NCBI GenBank assembly: GCA_028695015.1
Contig: JAQVJR010000001.1
Location: 255,297-319,296, forward strand
Length of the DNA: 64,000 nt
From: Minisyncoccota bacterium
GTDB lineage: Bacteria; Patescibacteriota; Minisyncoccia; UBA6257
Direction of reading: 5' to 3'
A program made the translations under genes and the position numbers. Under the pieces are notes generated by a model, which ran no database searches, was not told where the DNA came from, and was given only the letters and a program-made list of their open reading frames with translations. Positions 45,800-56,371 of this stretch are shown here, in pieces (the stretch's first letter is position 1; every line of letters begins with the position of its first letter).

Positions 45800-46651
45800 A
45801 TGAAACTTTCTCAAAAAGAAATTGAAAAAATATCTGTTCAAATTCGTGAAGAAGTTATCAAGATGATTTTGAAAGCAGGCTCTGGCCATTGCGCTGGTCC
45901 TTTAGGTGCAGTTGAATTATATACTTCTTTGTATCTTAGTGGCATTTTAAAACATGATCCTCAAAACCCTGATTGGGAAGATAGAGATAGGGTAGTGGTT
46001 TCTAATGGGCATTATGCACCTTTAGTTTATGCTATCTTAGCTGAGGCAGGGTATTTTTCTAAAGAAAAATTAAAAACTTTAAGAAAATTAGGCAGTCAAT
46101 TACAAGGTCATACATATCGTTTATCTTTACCAGGAATTGAAACCTCATCAGGGCCAGTAGGTGAAGGACTATCTCAAGCTGTAGGCATGGCCTTAGGGGC
46201 AAAATTAGATGAAAAGAAATACCAGGTTTATTGTTTTATGGGTGATGGGGAACAAGATTGTGGTAATACTTGGGAAGCTATAATGGCGGCTAATAAATAT
46301 CAATTAGATAATTTAACGGCGATTATAGATAGAAATAATATTCAAATAGATGGATTTACAGAAAAGGTAATGCCTTTAGAGCCTTTAAAAGAAAAATATG
46401 AATCTTTTGGTTGGAAAGTCTTAGAAGTTGATGGTCATAATATTTCAGAAATCATTAAAGCTTTTCAGGCTTCAAAATCTATCTTTGTTAAACCAGTAGT
46501 GATTATTGCGCATACAATTCCTGGAAAAGGGATTGACTTTATGCAATGGGAATATGAATGGCATGGCAGGGTTCCTGATTCTCATCAAGCAGAAATGGCT
46601 TTGCAGCAATTAAGAAATTTAAAAGGTAAAATTAAATCAGAATTAGATTAA
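45800..46651 (+). CDS. Transketolase, N-terminal subunit
   Basis: GSGH, DRDRVVVSNGH, LQGH, GDGE...WEA...DRN TPP motif. Confidence 0.94.
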   Translation: MKLSQKEIEKISVQIREEVIKMILKAGSGHCAGPLGAVELYTSLYLSGILKHDPQNPDWEDRDRVVVSNGHYAPLVYAILAEAGYFSKEKLKTLRKLGSQLQGHTYRLSLPGIETSSGPVGEGLSQAVGMALGAKLDEKKYQVYCFMGDGEQDCGNTWEAIMAANKYQLDNLTAIIDRNNIQIDGFTEKVMPLEPLKEKYESFGWKVLEVDGHNISEIIKAFQASKSIFVKPVVIIAHTIPGKGIDFMQWEYEWHGRVPDSHQAEMALQQLRNLKGKIKSELD

Positions 46652-46660
46652 TTTAAATTT

Positions 46661-47662
46661 ATGCTTAACCCAGAGATTCAATTTAATCCTAAAATCTTTA
46701 CTAAAGAAATAGAAAAAATTTCTCCTCGTGATGGGTTTGGAGAAGGTTTAGTTTTAGCTGGAGAGATGGATAAAAGAGTAGTTGCTTTAAGCGCTGATGT
46801 GACTGAATCAGTGAGGATGCATTTGTTTAAAAGTCGTTTTCCAGAAAGATTTTTTCAATTAGGTATTGCTGAACAAAATATGATTGGCATAGCATCTGGA
46901 TTAGCAGCCACTAATAAAATACCAGTAGTTGGTAGTTATGCGGCTTTTTCTCCTGGTAGGAATTGGGAACAAATCAGAACTACGGTTTGTTATAACAAAC
47001 AAAAAGTAATTTTAATTGGTTCTCATAGCGGATTAAATGCAGGGCCTGATGGAGCTACTCATCAGGCTTTGGAAGACATTGGTTTAATGAGAGTATTGCC
47101 TAATATGTCAGTTATTATTCCAGCAGATTCTTTAGAAGCGCGTAAAGCGATCTTAGCTGCTGTTAAATATCCTGATTCTATTTATATCCGTTTACCACGG
47201 GAAAAATCTCCTGTTTTTACTACTGAACAAAGTGTTTTTGAGATTGGAAAATCCCAGGTTTTATGGTTGCCTGAAAAAGAAGAACAATTTTCTGGAATTA
47301 CAATTTTTGTTTGTGGCTATTTAGTTTATGCTGCCTTAGAAGCAGCTAAGGAATTAGAATCAGAAGGGATTTTAATAACTGTTATTAATAATTCTTCAAT
47401 CAAGCCTTTAGATACAGAACTTGTATTAAAATGGGCTCAAAAATCAAAAGCAATTATTACTCTAGAGGAGCATCAAATAGCTACTGGTATGGGTTCAGCT
47501 ATTGCTGAGTTTTTAAGTGAAACACATCCTTTACCAATTAAATTTATGGGCGTTAAGGACCAATTTGGTGAAAGCGGTCAGGCAGAAGAATTAATAGAAA
47601 AATATGGTCTTGATAAAAAAGCAATTAAACGGACAGTTAAAGAATTATTAAGAAATCTATAA
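46661..47662 (+). CDS. Transketolase, C-terminal subunit
   Basis: GIAEQNM, GPDGATHQALED, EEHQ...GMG, DQFGESG. Confidence 0.94.
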   Translation: MLNPEIQFNPKIFTKEIEKISPRDGFGEGLVLAGEMDKRVVALSADVTESVRMHLFKSRFPERFFQLGIAEQNMIGIASGLAATNKIPVVGSYAAFSPGRNWEQIRTTVCYNKQKVILIGSHSGLNAGPDGATHQALEDIGLMRVLPNMSVIIPADSLEARKAILAAVKYPDSIYIRLPREKSPVFTTEQSVFEIGKSQVLWLPEKEEQFSGITIFVCGYLVYAALEAAKELESEGILITVINNSSIKPLDTELVLKWAQKSKAIITLEEHQIATGMGSAIAEFLSETHPLPIKFMGVKDQFGESGQAEELIEKYGLDKKAIKRTVKELLRNL

Positions 47663-47685
47663 TTTGATTTTTAATTTATATTATT

Positions 47686-48678
47686 ATGTTTGATATTGTT
47701 ACAATCGGATCAGCAACTCGTGATGGGTTTTTTAAAGATATTGATTTTCTGCCTGTTGAGGGAAAATGTTTTATGACCAATCAGGGAATTTGTCTTCCCT
47801 TAGGAGCTAAGATGCAAGTACCACAGGTATATTTTCTTACTGGAGGTAGTGCTACTAATACTGCTGTAAGTTTTGCTCGTCAAGGATTAAAAACCGCTGT
47901 TATTAGTCGTATTGGCAATGATGTTTCTGGAGAAACCATTATTAGGGAATTAAAAAAAGAAAAGATTAATACAGATTTTATTCAAAGAGATAAATTAAGC
48001 CCTACTGCTTATTCAGTAATTTTCTTAATGCCTTGCGGAGAAAGAACAATTCTTTCTTATAAAGGCTGTGCAGAAAAATTATCTTTTAAAGAAATTCCTT
48101 GGAATAAGATAAAAACTCAATGGATTTGTATTGGGTCTTTAGGAAAAGAAAAAAACATTTTAAAAAAGATTATTGAATTTGCAATTTCTAAAAATATCAA
48201 ATTAGCTATTAATCCTGGTTGGCAAGAATTAATTTGGCTTAAAGAACATTCTAAATGGATAGATAAATTTGAGATATTTATATGCAATCAAGAAGAAGCC
48301 GCGTATTTTACTGATATTCCTTATACAAAAGAAAAACATATTTTTAAAAAATTAGATGATTTAGTTAAAGGTATAGCAGTAATGACAAAAGGAAAAAATG
48401 GTTCAGTGATTTCTAATGGAGAGAATATATGGAAAGCAGGGGTTTTTCATCAAAAAGCAATTGATGCTACCGGAGCTGGAGATGCATTTACTTCAGGATT
48501 TATTTCTGTTTTTATTAGGAATAAGAAGATTAATAATAAAGTTATTGAAGAGGCAATTCGAGTTGGAAATGCTAATGCTACTTCAGTTATAGAACATATT
48601 GGCACCAAGCAGGGGATTTTATATAAAAAAGATTTAAAGAAAAGAAAGTTTCAAAATTTAGAAATAAAAAATATTTAA
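47686..48678 (+). CDS. PfkB-family carbohydrate kinase
   Basis: GGSATNTAV, NQEEA, DATGAGDAF. Confidence 0.93.
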   Translation: MFDIVTIGSATRDGFFKDIDFLPVEGKCFMTNQGICLPLGAKMQVPQVYFLTGGSATNTAVSFARQGLKTAVISRIGNDVSGETIIRELKKEKINTDFIQRDKLSPTAYSVIFLMPCGERTILSYKGCAEKLSFKEIPWNKIKTQWICIGSLGKEKNILKKIIEFAISKNIKLAINPGWQELIWLKEHSKWIDKFEIFICNQEEAAYFTDIPYTKEKHIFKKLDDLVKGIAVMTKGKNGSVISNGENIWKAGVFHQKAIDATGAGDAFTSGFISVFIRNKKINNKVIEEAIRVGNANATSVIEHIGTKQGILYKKDLKKRKFQNLEIKNI

Positions 48679-48690
48679 TAAGATAAAATT

Positions 48691-49452
48691 ATGGATAATA
48701 AATTCATTCAACCATTTTTAAAAAACAATAAAGCTTTGTTATTAGCTTATGACCATGGAATGGAACTTGGCCCAGAGGCTTTAATTGGTCAAAGCATGGA
48801 CCCAGAATATATCTTAGATTTAGCAGTTAAAGGTGGTTATACTGGAATTATTTTACAAAAAGGCATTGGAGAAAAATATTATTGGAATAGTAAATATCAA
48901 AAGATAATTCCTTTAATATTGAAAATCAATGGCAAGACTAATATTGTACCTAAAAAAGATCCATGCTCTGCTATTACTTGTTCTGTTGAATATGCAAGAA
49001 AACTAGGCGCTAAGGCAGTGGGCTATACTATTTATTTAGGCAGTAGCCAGGAAGCAAAAATGTTATCTGAGTTTGGGCAAATTCAAGAAAAAGCTCATCA
49101 ATTAAATATGGCGGCAATTGCTTGGATGTATTTAAGAGGTTCTTCTATAGAAAATGAATATGACCCTAATTTAATTACTTATGCTGCTAGAATTGGGTTA
49201 GAATTAGGTGCTGATATGATAAAAATTAAATATTCTGGTTCTGAAGAATCATTTAGAAAAGTAGTCGAAGCAGCAGGAAAAACAAAAGTTGTTTTATCAG
49301 GAGGGCCACAATTAGAAGAAGAAAAGTTTTTAGAAATAATAAAATCAATTAATAATGCTGGGGCTACAGGAATTGCAGTTGGCAGAAATGTTTTTCAACA
49401 TCAGAATCCTTTAGAGATAACAGAGAAAATTAAAAAAATACTATTTTCTTAA
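48691..49452 (+). CDS. Class I (DhnA-type) fructose-bisphosphate aldolase
   Basis: LAYDHGME, ELGADMIK, SGG, AVGRNVFQ. Confidence 0.9.
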   Translation: MDNKFIQPFLKNNKALLLAYDHGMELGPEALIGQSMDPEYILDLAVKGGYTGIILQKGIGEKYYWNSKYQKIIPLILKINGKTNIVPKKDPCSAITCSVEYARKLGAKAVGYTIYLGSSQEAKMLSEFGQIQEKAHQLNMAAIAWMYLRGSSIENEYDPNLITYAARIGLELGADMIKIKYSGSEESFRKVVEAAGKTKVVLSGGPQLEEEKFLEIIKSINNAGATGIAVGRNVFQHQNPLEITEKIKKILFS

Positions 49453-49462
49453 GATAAATAAA

Positions 49463-49544
49463 GGAGGGTTGGCAGAATGGCATTGCGCTGCTCTCGAAAA
49501 GCGGTGGGTGAAAACCCTTAGAGGTTCGAATCCTCTACCCTCCG
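49463..49544 (+). tRNA. tRNA-Ser(CGA)
   Basis: CTGCT-ctcgaaa-AGCGG, long variable arm. Confidence 0.93.
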
Positions 49545-49568
49545 CTATTGTTTTAATAATATTATAGA

Positions 49569-51023
49569 ATGGAAAAAAACTTTTACATCACGACAACATT
49601 ACCTTATGTAAATGCTGAGCCTCATTTTGGCCATGCTTTAGAATTTGTTAGAGCTGATATCATTGCCCGTTATAAAAAGCTAATGGGTTTTGATGTTTTT
49701 TTTAATACGGGGACTGATGAACATGGTCAAAAGATATGGGAAGCAGCTAATAAAGAAAATGTAAAAATAGAAGATTATATAAAAACAAATGCTCAGAAAT
49801 TTAAAGATTTGCTAAAAGAACTCAATATTTTAGAAGAAATTCATTTTATTAGGACTACTGATTCTCATCATATTAAAGGCGCTCAAAAATTATGGGAATT
49901 GGTGTTTAAAAATGGTTTTATCTATAAAGCTAATTATAAAGCTAAGTATTGTGTTGGTTGTGAATTGGAAAAAACAGATACAGAATTAATAAATAATAGA
50001 TGCCCTATCCATCCTAATTTAGATATTGTAGAAATAGATGAAGAGAATTATTTTTTTAAATTCTCTGCATTTCAGAAGAAATTATTAGATCTTTATTCTT
50101 CACGTTCAGATTTTGTATTACCTCAATCAAGGCTAAATGAAATTAAATCTTTTGTTTCTAAGGGTATTCATGATTTTTCTGTTTCTCGTTTAAGAGAAAA
50201 AATGCCCTGGGGGGTGCCAGTGCCTGGGGATGAAGAGCAAGTAATGTATGTTTGGTTTGATGCTTTAGCTAATTATATTACCACTCTTGGTTGGCCAGAA
50301 GATGAAAAATTGTTTAATAAGTTTTGGAAAAATGGGACACCGACTCAATATTGTGGTCAGGATAATTTAAGACAACAATCAGCTATGTGGCAAGCAATGT
50401 TAATGGCTGCTGAATTACCTAATAGTTATCAAATAGTGATTAATGGCTTTGTTACCGGACAAGGTGGAATTAAGATGTCTAAATCTCTTGGTAATGTTAT
50501 TAATCCTATAAAACTTATTTCTTTTTATGGAGTTGATGCTTTTCGTTATTATGTTGTGCATCATATTCATCCTTGGGAAGGTTCGCCCATTACCTATGAA
50601 TCATTTCATCAAGCCTATAATGCTGATTTAGTAAATGGATTAGGTAATTTAGCTTCTCGAGTTTTAACAATGGCAGAAAGACATCTCTTGGAGCCAATTA
50701 ATATGGTGAAAAATAAATTACCCCAAGAATGGCATCAGAATCTAGAATCTTTTAGAATTGATTTAGCTTGTGATTTTATTTGGGAAAAAATATCTAATTT
50801 AGATAAAAGAATAAATAAAGAAGAAGCTTTTAAAATTTCTAAAACAGATATTATTAAAGCAAGAAAATTAATATCTGAATATGTAAATGAGCTTTTAGTA
50901 ATTACTCAAATGCTAGAGCCAATATTGCCTCAAACAAGCAAAGAGATAGAAAAATATATTAAATTAAATAAAAAACCAGAGGCAATGTTTCCACGAAAAG
51001 AGATGATAAAGGAAAATACCTGA
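49569..51023 (+). CDS. metG: Methionine--tRNA ligase
   Basis: YITTTLPYVNAEPHFGH, GTDEHGQK, YVWFDAL, KMSKSLGN. Confidence 0.96.
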   Translation: MEKNFYITTTLPYVNAEPHFGHALEFVRADIIARYKKLMGFDVFFNTGTDEHGQKIWEAANKENVKIEDYIKTNAQKFKDLLKELNILEEIHFIRTTDSHHIKGAQKLWELVFKNGFIYKANYKAKYCVGCELEKTDTELINNRCPIHPNLDIVEIDEENYFFKFSAFQKKLLDLYSSRSDFVLPQSRLNEIKSFVSKGIHDFSVSRLREKMPWGVPVPGDEEQVMYVWFDALANYITTLGWPEDEKLFNKFWKNGTPTQYCGQDNLRQQSAMWQAMLMAAELPNSYQIVINGFVTGQGGIKMSKSLGNVINPIKLISFYGVDAFRYYVVHHIHPWEGSPITYESFHQAYNADLVNGLGNLASRVLTMAERHLLEPINMVKNKLPQEWHQNLESFRIDLACDFIWEKISNLDKRINKEEAFKISKTDIIKARKLISEYVNELLVITQMLEPILPQTSKEIEKYIKLNKKPEAMFPRKEMIKENT

Positions 51024-51032
51024 TTTTTAGAT

Positions 51033-51779
51033 TCATATTACTCCTTTGGCTAAAACTAAGCCAATAACTCTTTTAGCACCGTTTTGTTTTAAGACTTTGG
51101 CTGCTTCTTGCATAGTAGCACCAGAAGTATAAACATCATCTATTAAGATAATCCATTTGTTTTTTATTAGATGAGTTTTCTTTTTTGAAATTTCAAAGAT
51201 ATTTTTTACATTTTGTTTTCTCTTAATAAAGCTCTGGGTTTTAGCTTGAGGAGGATTATTTTTTATTCTTATTAAAATATTAAGATCTGTTGGAAAATTA
51301 AAATACGAGGCAATGTTTTTAGTTAATAATTCTGATTGATTGAAATTTCTTTGTTTTTGTTTTTTAAAATGAAGGGGAATAGAGATCAATAGAATATTTT
51401 TTTGTTTCAATAATAGGATAGATTTTGTTTTTTCTAGGTATTTAATCATAAGATTAGATAATGGCTTTTGAAGAGAAACAATCCTTTGGTATTTAAAAAC
51501 ATGAATTACTTGTTTTAAGATTGGGTTTTGATAAGAGCTAGCATATCCTAAGACATCAAGAGATTCTTTTCTTGAGCAACAATTTCCTGATAGATTAATG
51601 ATAGTTTTATTGCAATGAGGGCAGATAAAAAAATGATTGATAATAATGCTTTCTTGGCAATTTTCACAAAGAGGATAATGCTGGGTTTCTTTTTTACAAA
51701 AACAACAATACCAGGGGAAAATGGTTTCTAAAAAAACATTCCAGAAAAAAGACAAGAAATTAAAAAAACGGCAGGGCAT
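51033..51779 (-). CDS. comF: ComF-family competence protein
   Basis: Double zinc ribbon, RNFNQSELL, LIDDVYTSGAT; exact start uncertain. Confidence 0.9.
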   Translation of the reverse strand: MPCRFFNFLSFFWNVFLETIFPWYCCFCKKETQHYPLCENCQESIIINHFFICPHCNKTIINLSGNCCSRKESLDVLGYASSYQNPILKQVIHVFKYQRIVSLQKPLSNLMIKYLEKTKSILLLKQKNILLISIPLHFKKQKQRNFNQSELLTKNIASYFNFPTDLNILIRIKNNPPQAKTQSFIKRKQNVKNIFEISKKKTHLIKNKWIILIDDVYTSGATMQEAAKVLKQNGAKRVIGLVLAKGVI

Positions 51780-51841
51780 TTTGTTTTGTATTTTATATGC
51801 GATATACTATATACTATATATAGTATTCATATTATACCTTT

Positions 51842-52894
51842 ATGAGAATTTTTAAGCAAAACTTATTTCTAGGAATAGATATTGGCACCACTTCTATTAA
51901 ATTAGTAGAGTTACGGAGAAAAAGTAATAGAATGGAATTAGCTAATTATGGCATTTTAGAAAAATATGGTCATTTAGAAAGAATTAATGACGCTATTCAA
52001 ACTAACAGTTTTAAATTACTTGAAGAAAGCACAGCCTTGCTTTTAAAACAATTAATAGAAAAGGCGAAGACTCAAAATCAAAATGCTTTTATGACCCTAC
52101 CTAGTTTTTCTGGGTTTACTTCTTTAATGGAACTTCCAGAGATGCCAGATAAGGAAATAGCTAAGGCAGTTAAGTACCAAGCAGGTCAATATATTCCCAT
52201 GTCTCTTCATGAAATGACTTTAGATTGGCAGATTATAGAAAGAGAAGCAGGTAAAATCATTTTACTTTTAATGGCTGTGCCTACTGATATAATTCAAAGA
52301 TATATCCGAAGTGCTGAATTAGCCAAAATAAGATTAAAAGGCCTTGAGTTAGAAAATGTGGCTGTTAGTCGATTATTAGGGAAAAAAGAAAAAGGTGCCT
52401 TGGCCTTAATTGATATTGGTGGTAGAAATACTTCAATTAATATAGTGGATAAGGGTAATTTAAGATTAAGTCGCAATATAGATACTGCTGGTGGGGATTT
52501 TACCCAGGTGCTAAGTAGTGGTCTAGGAGTTAGTCCTATGCGAGCTGAGCAATTAAAAAAAGCTTCTGGATTGAATCTTCAAGCAGGAGGCGAGGTAAAA
52601 GTATTAAATCTTCTTATGCCCTTATTAGATGTTATTAAAAGGGAAACAGAAAAGGTAATTGGTAATTATTATTTAAGAACTAAAAAGCAAGTAGAGAAAA
52701 TAATCTTAACTGGTGGTGGCTCTAATTTACAAGGACTGGATGAATATTATTCTCAACAAATGTCATTGCCAGTTATTAAAAGTGATCCTTTTAACTTAGG
52801 GCTAATTTCTTATGATCCAAGCTTGCTTCCTATTATAAAAGAAATTGGTCCTTGCTTGACTAGTGCTTGCGCTGTTGTTTTTAAAGATATATAA
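51842..52894 (+). CDS. pilM: Type IV pilus assembly protein PilM
   Basis: GIDIGTTSIKLVEL, IDIGG, LTGGGSNL. Confidence 0.92.
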   Translation: MRIFKQNLFLGIDIGTTSIKLVELRRKSNRMELANYGILEKYGHLERINDAIQTNSFKLLEESTALLLKQLIEKAKTQNQNAFMTLPSFSGFTSLMELPEMPDKEIAKAVKYQAGQYIPMSLHEMTLDWQIIEREAGKIILLLMAVPTDIIQRYIRSAELAKIRLKGLELENVAVSRLLGKKEKGALALIDIGGRNTSINIVDKGNLRLSRNIDTAGGDFTQVLSSGLGVSPMRAEQLKKASGLNLQAGGEVKVLNLLMPLLDVIKRETEKVIGNYYLRTKKQVEKIILTGGGSNLQGLDEYYSQQMSLPVIKSDPFNLGLISYDPSLLPIIKEIGPCLTSACAVVFKDI

Positions 52895-52970
52895 TAGATA
52901 TGATAAGATAAAAATAATTTGCTTTTAAAAGAAAAAGAGTTAAAATAAATAGAGATAATAAAATATCAAT

Positions 52971-53531
52971 ATGGTAGATCGAACAGCAATGGAATCTTTA
53001 AAAACAAAAGAACTTCCTCCTACTTGGCCAAAAGGACTTTTGACTTTTTTTATTGTAATTTTTCTCGTTGTCTTAGGAGCTTACTTTGGTCTTAATTTTT
53101 GGAACCAGAATCAAGTTTCAAAACTGGATATTTTAGAAGATGAATTTCAAAACATTAGAAGCAGTTTTAGTATTGATGAAGAACAAAAAGTTGTTTTGTT
53201 TGAAAGGAAATTAAATGCCTTAAATAATCTTTTAAATAATCATATTTATTTTTCTAATATCCTATCTTTATTTGAAGAATTAACTCATCCACAAGTTTAT
53301 TATTCAAGATTAGATTTTTCATTAAATAAGAACTTTATTAGCTTAAACGGCGTTGCTAAAGACCAGGGGATATTAAGTGAAGCTATTAATGGTTTAATTA
53401 ATAATCCAGAAAAAGTTAAGGCAGTTGTTTTAAAAGAAATGCAGATTGATTTAAAAAACCTGGTTAATTTTTCTTATGATATTTATTTCAATCCTAATGT
53501 ATTAAAACATCAATTAAATGAAGGAAACTAG
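52971..53531 (+). CDS. PilN-like protein
   Basis: Single TM, coiled coil, then ferredoxin-like region (ISLNGVA); follows pilM. Confidence 0.65.
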   Translation: MVDRTAMESLKTKELPPTWPKGLLTFFIVIFLVVLGAYFGLNFWNQNQVSKLDILEDEFQNIRSSFSIDEEQKVVLFERKLNALNNLLNNHIYFSNILSLFEELTHPQVYYSRLDFSLNKNFISLNGVAKDQGILSEAINGLINNPEKVKAVVLKEMQIDLKNLVNFSYDIYFNPNVLKHQLNEGN

Positions 53532-54069
53532 CAAACAAAATCTAGCTATTTTATTGATAACCATATTAGTGGCGGCAACAATCTTTTTATTTATTCGTTT
53601 TATTCAACCAGCAATCACTGAGTCAAAAGGATTATCTGCTAAAATAGCTGAAGAAAAAGAGAAAATATCTTTGCTTCAAGAATACAAGGCAAAATCAGAA
53701 TCTTTAGTTCAGGCATATTTTGATTTGGGAGAGCAAGTCAATGATATTTATTTGGCCCTACCTGACGATTCACAAACAGCTCAATTAATAGCTACCCTTG
53801 ATGCTATTTCCAAAAGAACTGAAATTCCTTTTTCTTATTTAAGTTTTACAGAGTCAAAGCAGGAAGGTCAGAATTATTTAGAGATTAAAACTAGTTTTAC
53901 AACCACTTATGAGAATTTTAAGAATTGGTTAGCAGAAATAGAAAGAGAATTGAGATTAATTGATTTAACTAGAGTTAATATAGAGGTTGGTCGGGATGTT
54001 AAATCTTCTTTAAACAAATTTGATGTAGAGATGAGAGCTTATTTCTTAAATAATAGTGAGGTAAAATAA
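53518..54069 (+). CDS. PilO-like protein
   Basis: TM, coiled coil, ALP, YENFKNWLAEIERELRLID. Confidence 0.75.
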   Translation: MKETSKQNLAILLITILVAATIFLFIRFIQPAITESKGLSAKIAEEKEKISLLQEYKAKSESLVQAYFDLGEQVNDIYLALPDDSQTAQLIATLDAISKRTEIPFSYLSFTESKQEGQNYLEIKTSFTTTYENFKNWLAEIERELRLIDLTRVNIEVGRDVKSSLNKFDVEMRAYFLNNSEVK

Positions 54070-54084
54070 TTTCATTTAATTATT

Positions 54085-54378
54085 ATGGCTATAGAAGTTA
54101 AGCAACAGAAACAAAGCAATTTAGGAGTATTATTAATTTTTATCCTTATTTTAGTTATTGGTGGTTGGTTTGCTTGGAATTTTTTAAAACCCATAGAGAT
54201 TTTACAAAAACCAAGTATAGAAGATCTACTTCCTGGCTCTACTCATGATCTAACCAGAATTGAATTAAATGTTAATGAGGTTTTTAGCCATCCAGTTTTT
54301 CAAACATTATTCCCTCATGTTATCTGGCCTTTGGAAATTCCACAATTAGGCCGCAATAATCCCTTTGCTCCTTTTTAA
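54085..54378 (+). CDS. Small membrane protein of the pil operon (PilP position)
   Basis: One TM; C-terminal GRNNPFAPF. Confidence 0.6.
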   Translation: MAIEVKQQKQSNLGVLLIFILILVIGGWFAWNFLKPIEILQKPSIEDLLPGSTHDLTRIELNVNEVFSHPVFQTLFPHVIWPLEIPQLGRNNPFAPF

Positions 54379-54440
54379 AGAATATATGTTCTAGATTGAG
54401 CAAAGTTTTAATTAATACATTGTTCATATATTAATATCAT

Positions 54441-56195
54441 ATGGTTCAAGAAGAATTATTTCTTTCAACGCTTATTCAAAGAGGTTTAATAAAACAAAGT
54501 GAAGCTTCAAGTCTTCTTCAAGAGGCACAAGGCTTAGAAAAGAATGTTGAGGAACTTATCAATGAAAGGAAGTTAGTGGATGAAAAGATTCTCGCCCAAC
54601 TTAAAGGCGAGCTTTTTAATTTACCAATTAAGCAATTTACCAAAGATGAAATTATCCCTCAGAGTATTTTGAATTTAATCCCAGAAGACACAGCTCGTTT
54701 CTACAATGTGATTGCTTTTAATAAAGAGAATAATGTTTTGGAGATAGGAATGGTTTATCCAAATAATTTAAAAGCCCAAGAAGCTTTAAAATTTTCAGCC
54801 AGTCGTTTAAATTTAGATCTTAGGGTTTATATCATCACTTTAACTGATTTAAAAAATATCTTAACCCAGTACCAAACCTTTACTAAAGAATTTAAAGCAT
54901 TAGTAGAGGATTTTCAAAGAAGATTTGCCGGAGTACCTAAAAAAACAGCTACTTTTAAATTAATAGACTTAGAATCTACTGCTGGTGCTGTAGCTGAAGA
55001 AGCACCTATTATTAGGCTTTTTGCTTCAATTTTAAAATTTGCTGTGCGCTCTAGAGCTTCTGATATTCATATTGAGCCAGAAAGAAATAAATTAAGAGTT
55101 AGGTTACGTGTTGATGGTAATTTAACTACAACCTTAACATTGCCTTTTGCTGTTCATTCGGCAATTGTTAGTCGGGTAAAGATAATGGCTAACTTAAAGA
55201 TTGATGAAACAAGAATACCTCAAGATGGGCGTTTTTTCTCAATGATAGATGAAAAAGAAATTGATTTTAGGATTTCAACATTTCCTACAGCCCTAGGGGA
55301 GAAGATAGCTATTAGAATTTTAGACCCCACAGTGGGTTTAAAAAGCATTCATGAATTAGGTCTTGAGGGAAGAAATTTGGAAATTTTACAATCAGAAATT
55401 TTAAAACCTTATGGGATGATTTTAATTACTGGACCTACAGGCTCTGGTAAAACAACGACTCTTTATGCATTAATGCAGATTTTAAATCAAGATAAAGTTA
55501 ATGTTATGAGTTTAGAAGATCCAGTAGAATACACTATGGAAGGAATTAATCAATCTCAGGTTTTGCCAGAAATTGGCTATACTTTTGCCAGGGGATTGCG
55601 TCATATGGTGCGTCAAGACCCAGATATTATAATGGTTGGGGAAATTCGAGACACAGAAACAGCAGAATTAGCAGTTCATTCTGCTTTAACTGGACATCTG
55701 GTTCTTTCAACCTTGCATACTAATAATGCTATTGGGGTTATCCCTCGTTTATTAGATTTAGATGTTGATTCTTATTTATTACCTTCTTCTTTAAATTTAA
55801 TGGTTGCTCAGCGTTTGGCTAGAAGATTATGTCCTGAATGCAAGAAAAAGGTCTTGGCTACAGAAAAAGAACAACAAATTATTGAAGAATCTCTATCTGC
55901 TTTATCAAAAGAAGCCAAGGAAAAATTATCTTTTCAAAAACCTTATCATGTATATAAAACCAAAGGCTGTCCAACTTGCAACAATAAAGGGTATATGGGT
56001 AGGGTAGCTATTTTTGAGGTAATGAGAATGACTCCTGAATTAGAGCAAATAATTTTATCTCAACCTTCACAAGAAAGGCTTTTTGCCGAGGCTAAGAGAC
56101 AAGGAATGATTACCTTACAACAAGATGGAGTATTAAAAGCATTAGCAGGATTAGTAAGCTTAGAAGAAATTCTTTCTATAACTTCAAGGTATTAA
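54441..56195 (+). CDS. pilB: GspE/PilB-family pilus assembly ATPase
   Basis: ASDIHIEP, GPTGSGKTTT, EDPVEY, RQDPDIIMVGEIRD, CPEC...CPTC. Confidence 0.92.
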   Translation: MVQEELFLSTLIQRGLIKQSEASSLLQEAQGLEKNVEELINERKLVDEKILAQLKGELFNLPIKQFTKDEIIPQSILNLIPEDTARFYNVIAFNKENNVLEIGMVYPNNLKAQEALKFSASRLNLDLRVYIITLTDLKNILTQYQTFTKEFKALVEDFQRRFAGVPKKTATFKLIDLESTAGAVAEEAPIIRLFASILKFAVRSRASDIHIEPERNKLRVRLRVDGNLTTTLTLPFAVHSAIVSRVKIMANLKIDETRIPQDGRFFSMIDEKEIDFRISTFPTALGEKIAIRILDPTVGLKSIHELGLEGRNLEILQSEILKPYGMILITGPTGSGKTTTLYALMQILNQDKVNVMSLEDPVEYTMEGINQSQVLPEIGYTFARGLRHMVRQDPDIIMVGEIRDTETAELAVHSALTGHLVLSTLHTNNAIGVIPRLLDLDVDSYLLPSSLNLMVAQRLARRLCPECKKKVLATEKEQQIIEESLSALSKEAKEKLSFQKPYHVYKTKGCPTCNNKGYMGRVAIFEVMRMTPELEQIILSQPSQERLFAEAKRQGMITLQQDGVLKALAGLVSLEEILSITSRY

Positions 56196-56200
56196 ATTCC

Positions 56201-56228
56201 TTGACAAACTTTTTTCATTTGATATACT
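56201..56228 (+). promoter_or_regulatory. Sigma70-type promoter P1 of module B
   Basis: TTGACA-aacttttttcattTGa-TATACT (16-nt spacer), near-identical to 10693-10666. Confidence 0.75.
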
Positions 56229-56232
56229 ATTA

Positions 56233-56273
56233 ATGCTGTCGTTTTTGGCTTGCCAGAAGCGGCAGCATTTTTT
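56233..56273 (+). ncRNA. Putative small hairpin RNA/terminator, copy B
   Basis: ATGCTGTC-GTTTTTGG-cttg-CCAGAAGC-GGCAGCAT followed by a U-tract. Confidence 0.65.
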
Positions 56274-56286
56274 ATTACCTTCCCTC

Positions 56287-56315
56287 TTGACAAATCAAAT
56301 CTAAAGATGTATACT
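56287..56315 (+). promoter_or_regulatory. Sigma70-type promoter P2 of module B
   Basis: TTGACA-N17-TATACT. Confidence 0.75.
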
Positions 56316-56371
56316 TAGAATAGTTTTTAGCACTTTTAAAATCAAAAAATATTAAGAAAGGAGCAAAAAGA

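Noticed and set aside
50986-51001. TGTTCCACGAAAAG as a parS site
   Set aside because: Only half resembles the parS palindrome and it lies within metG coding sequence
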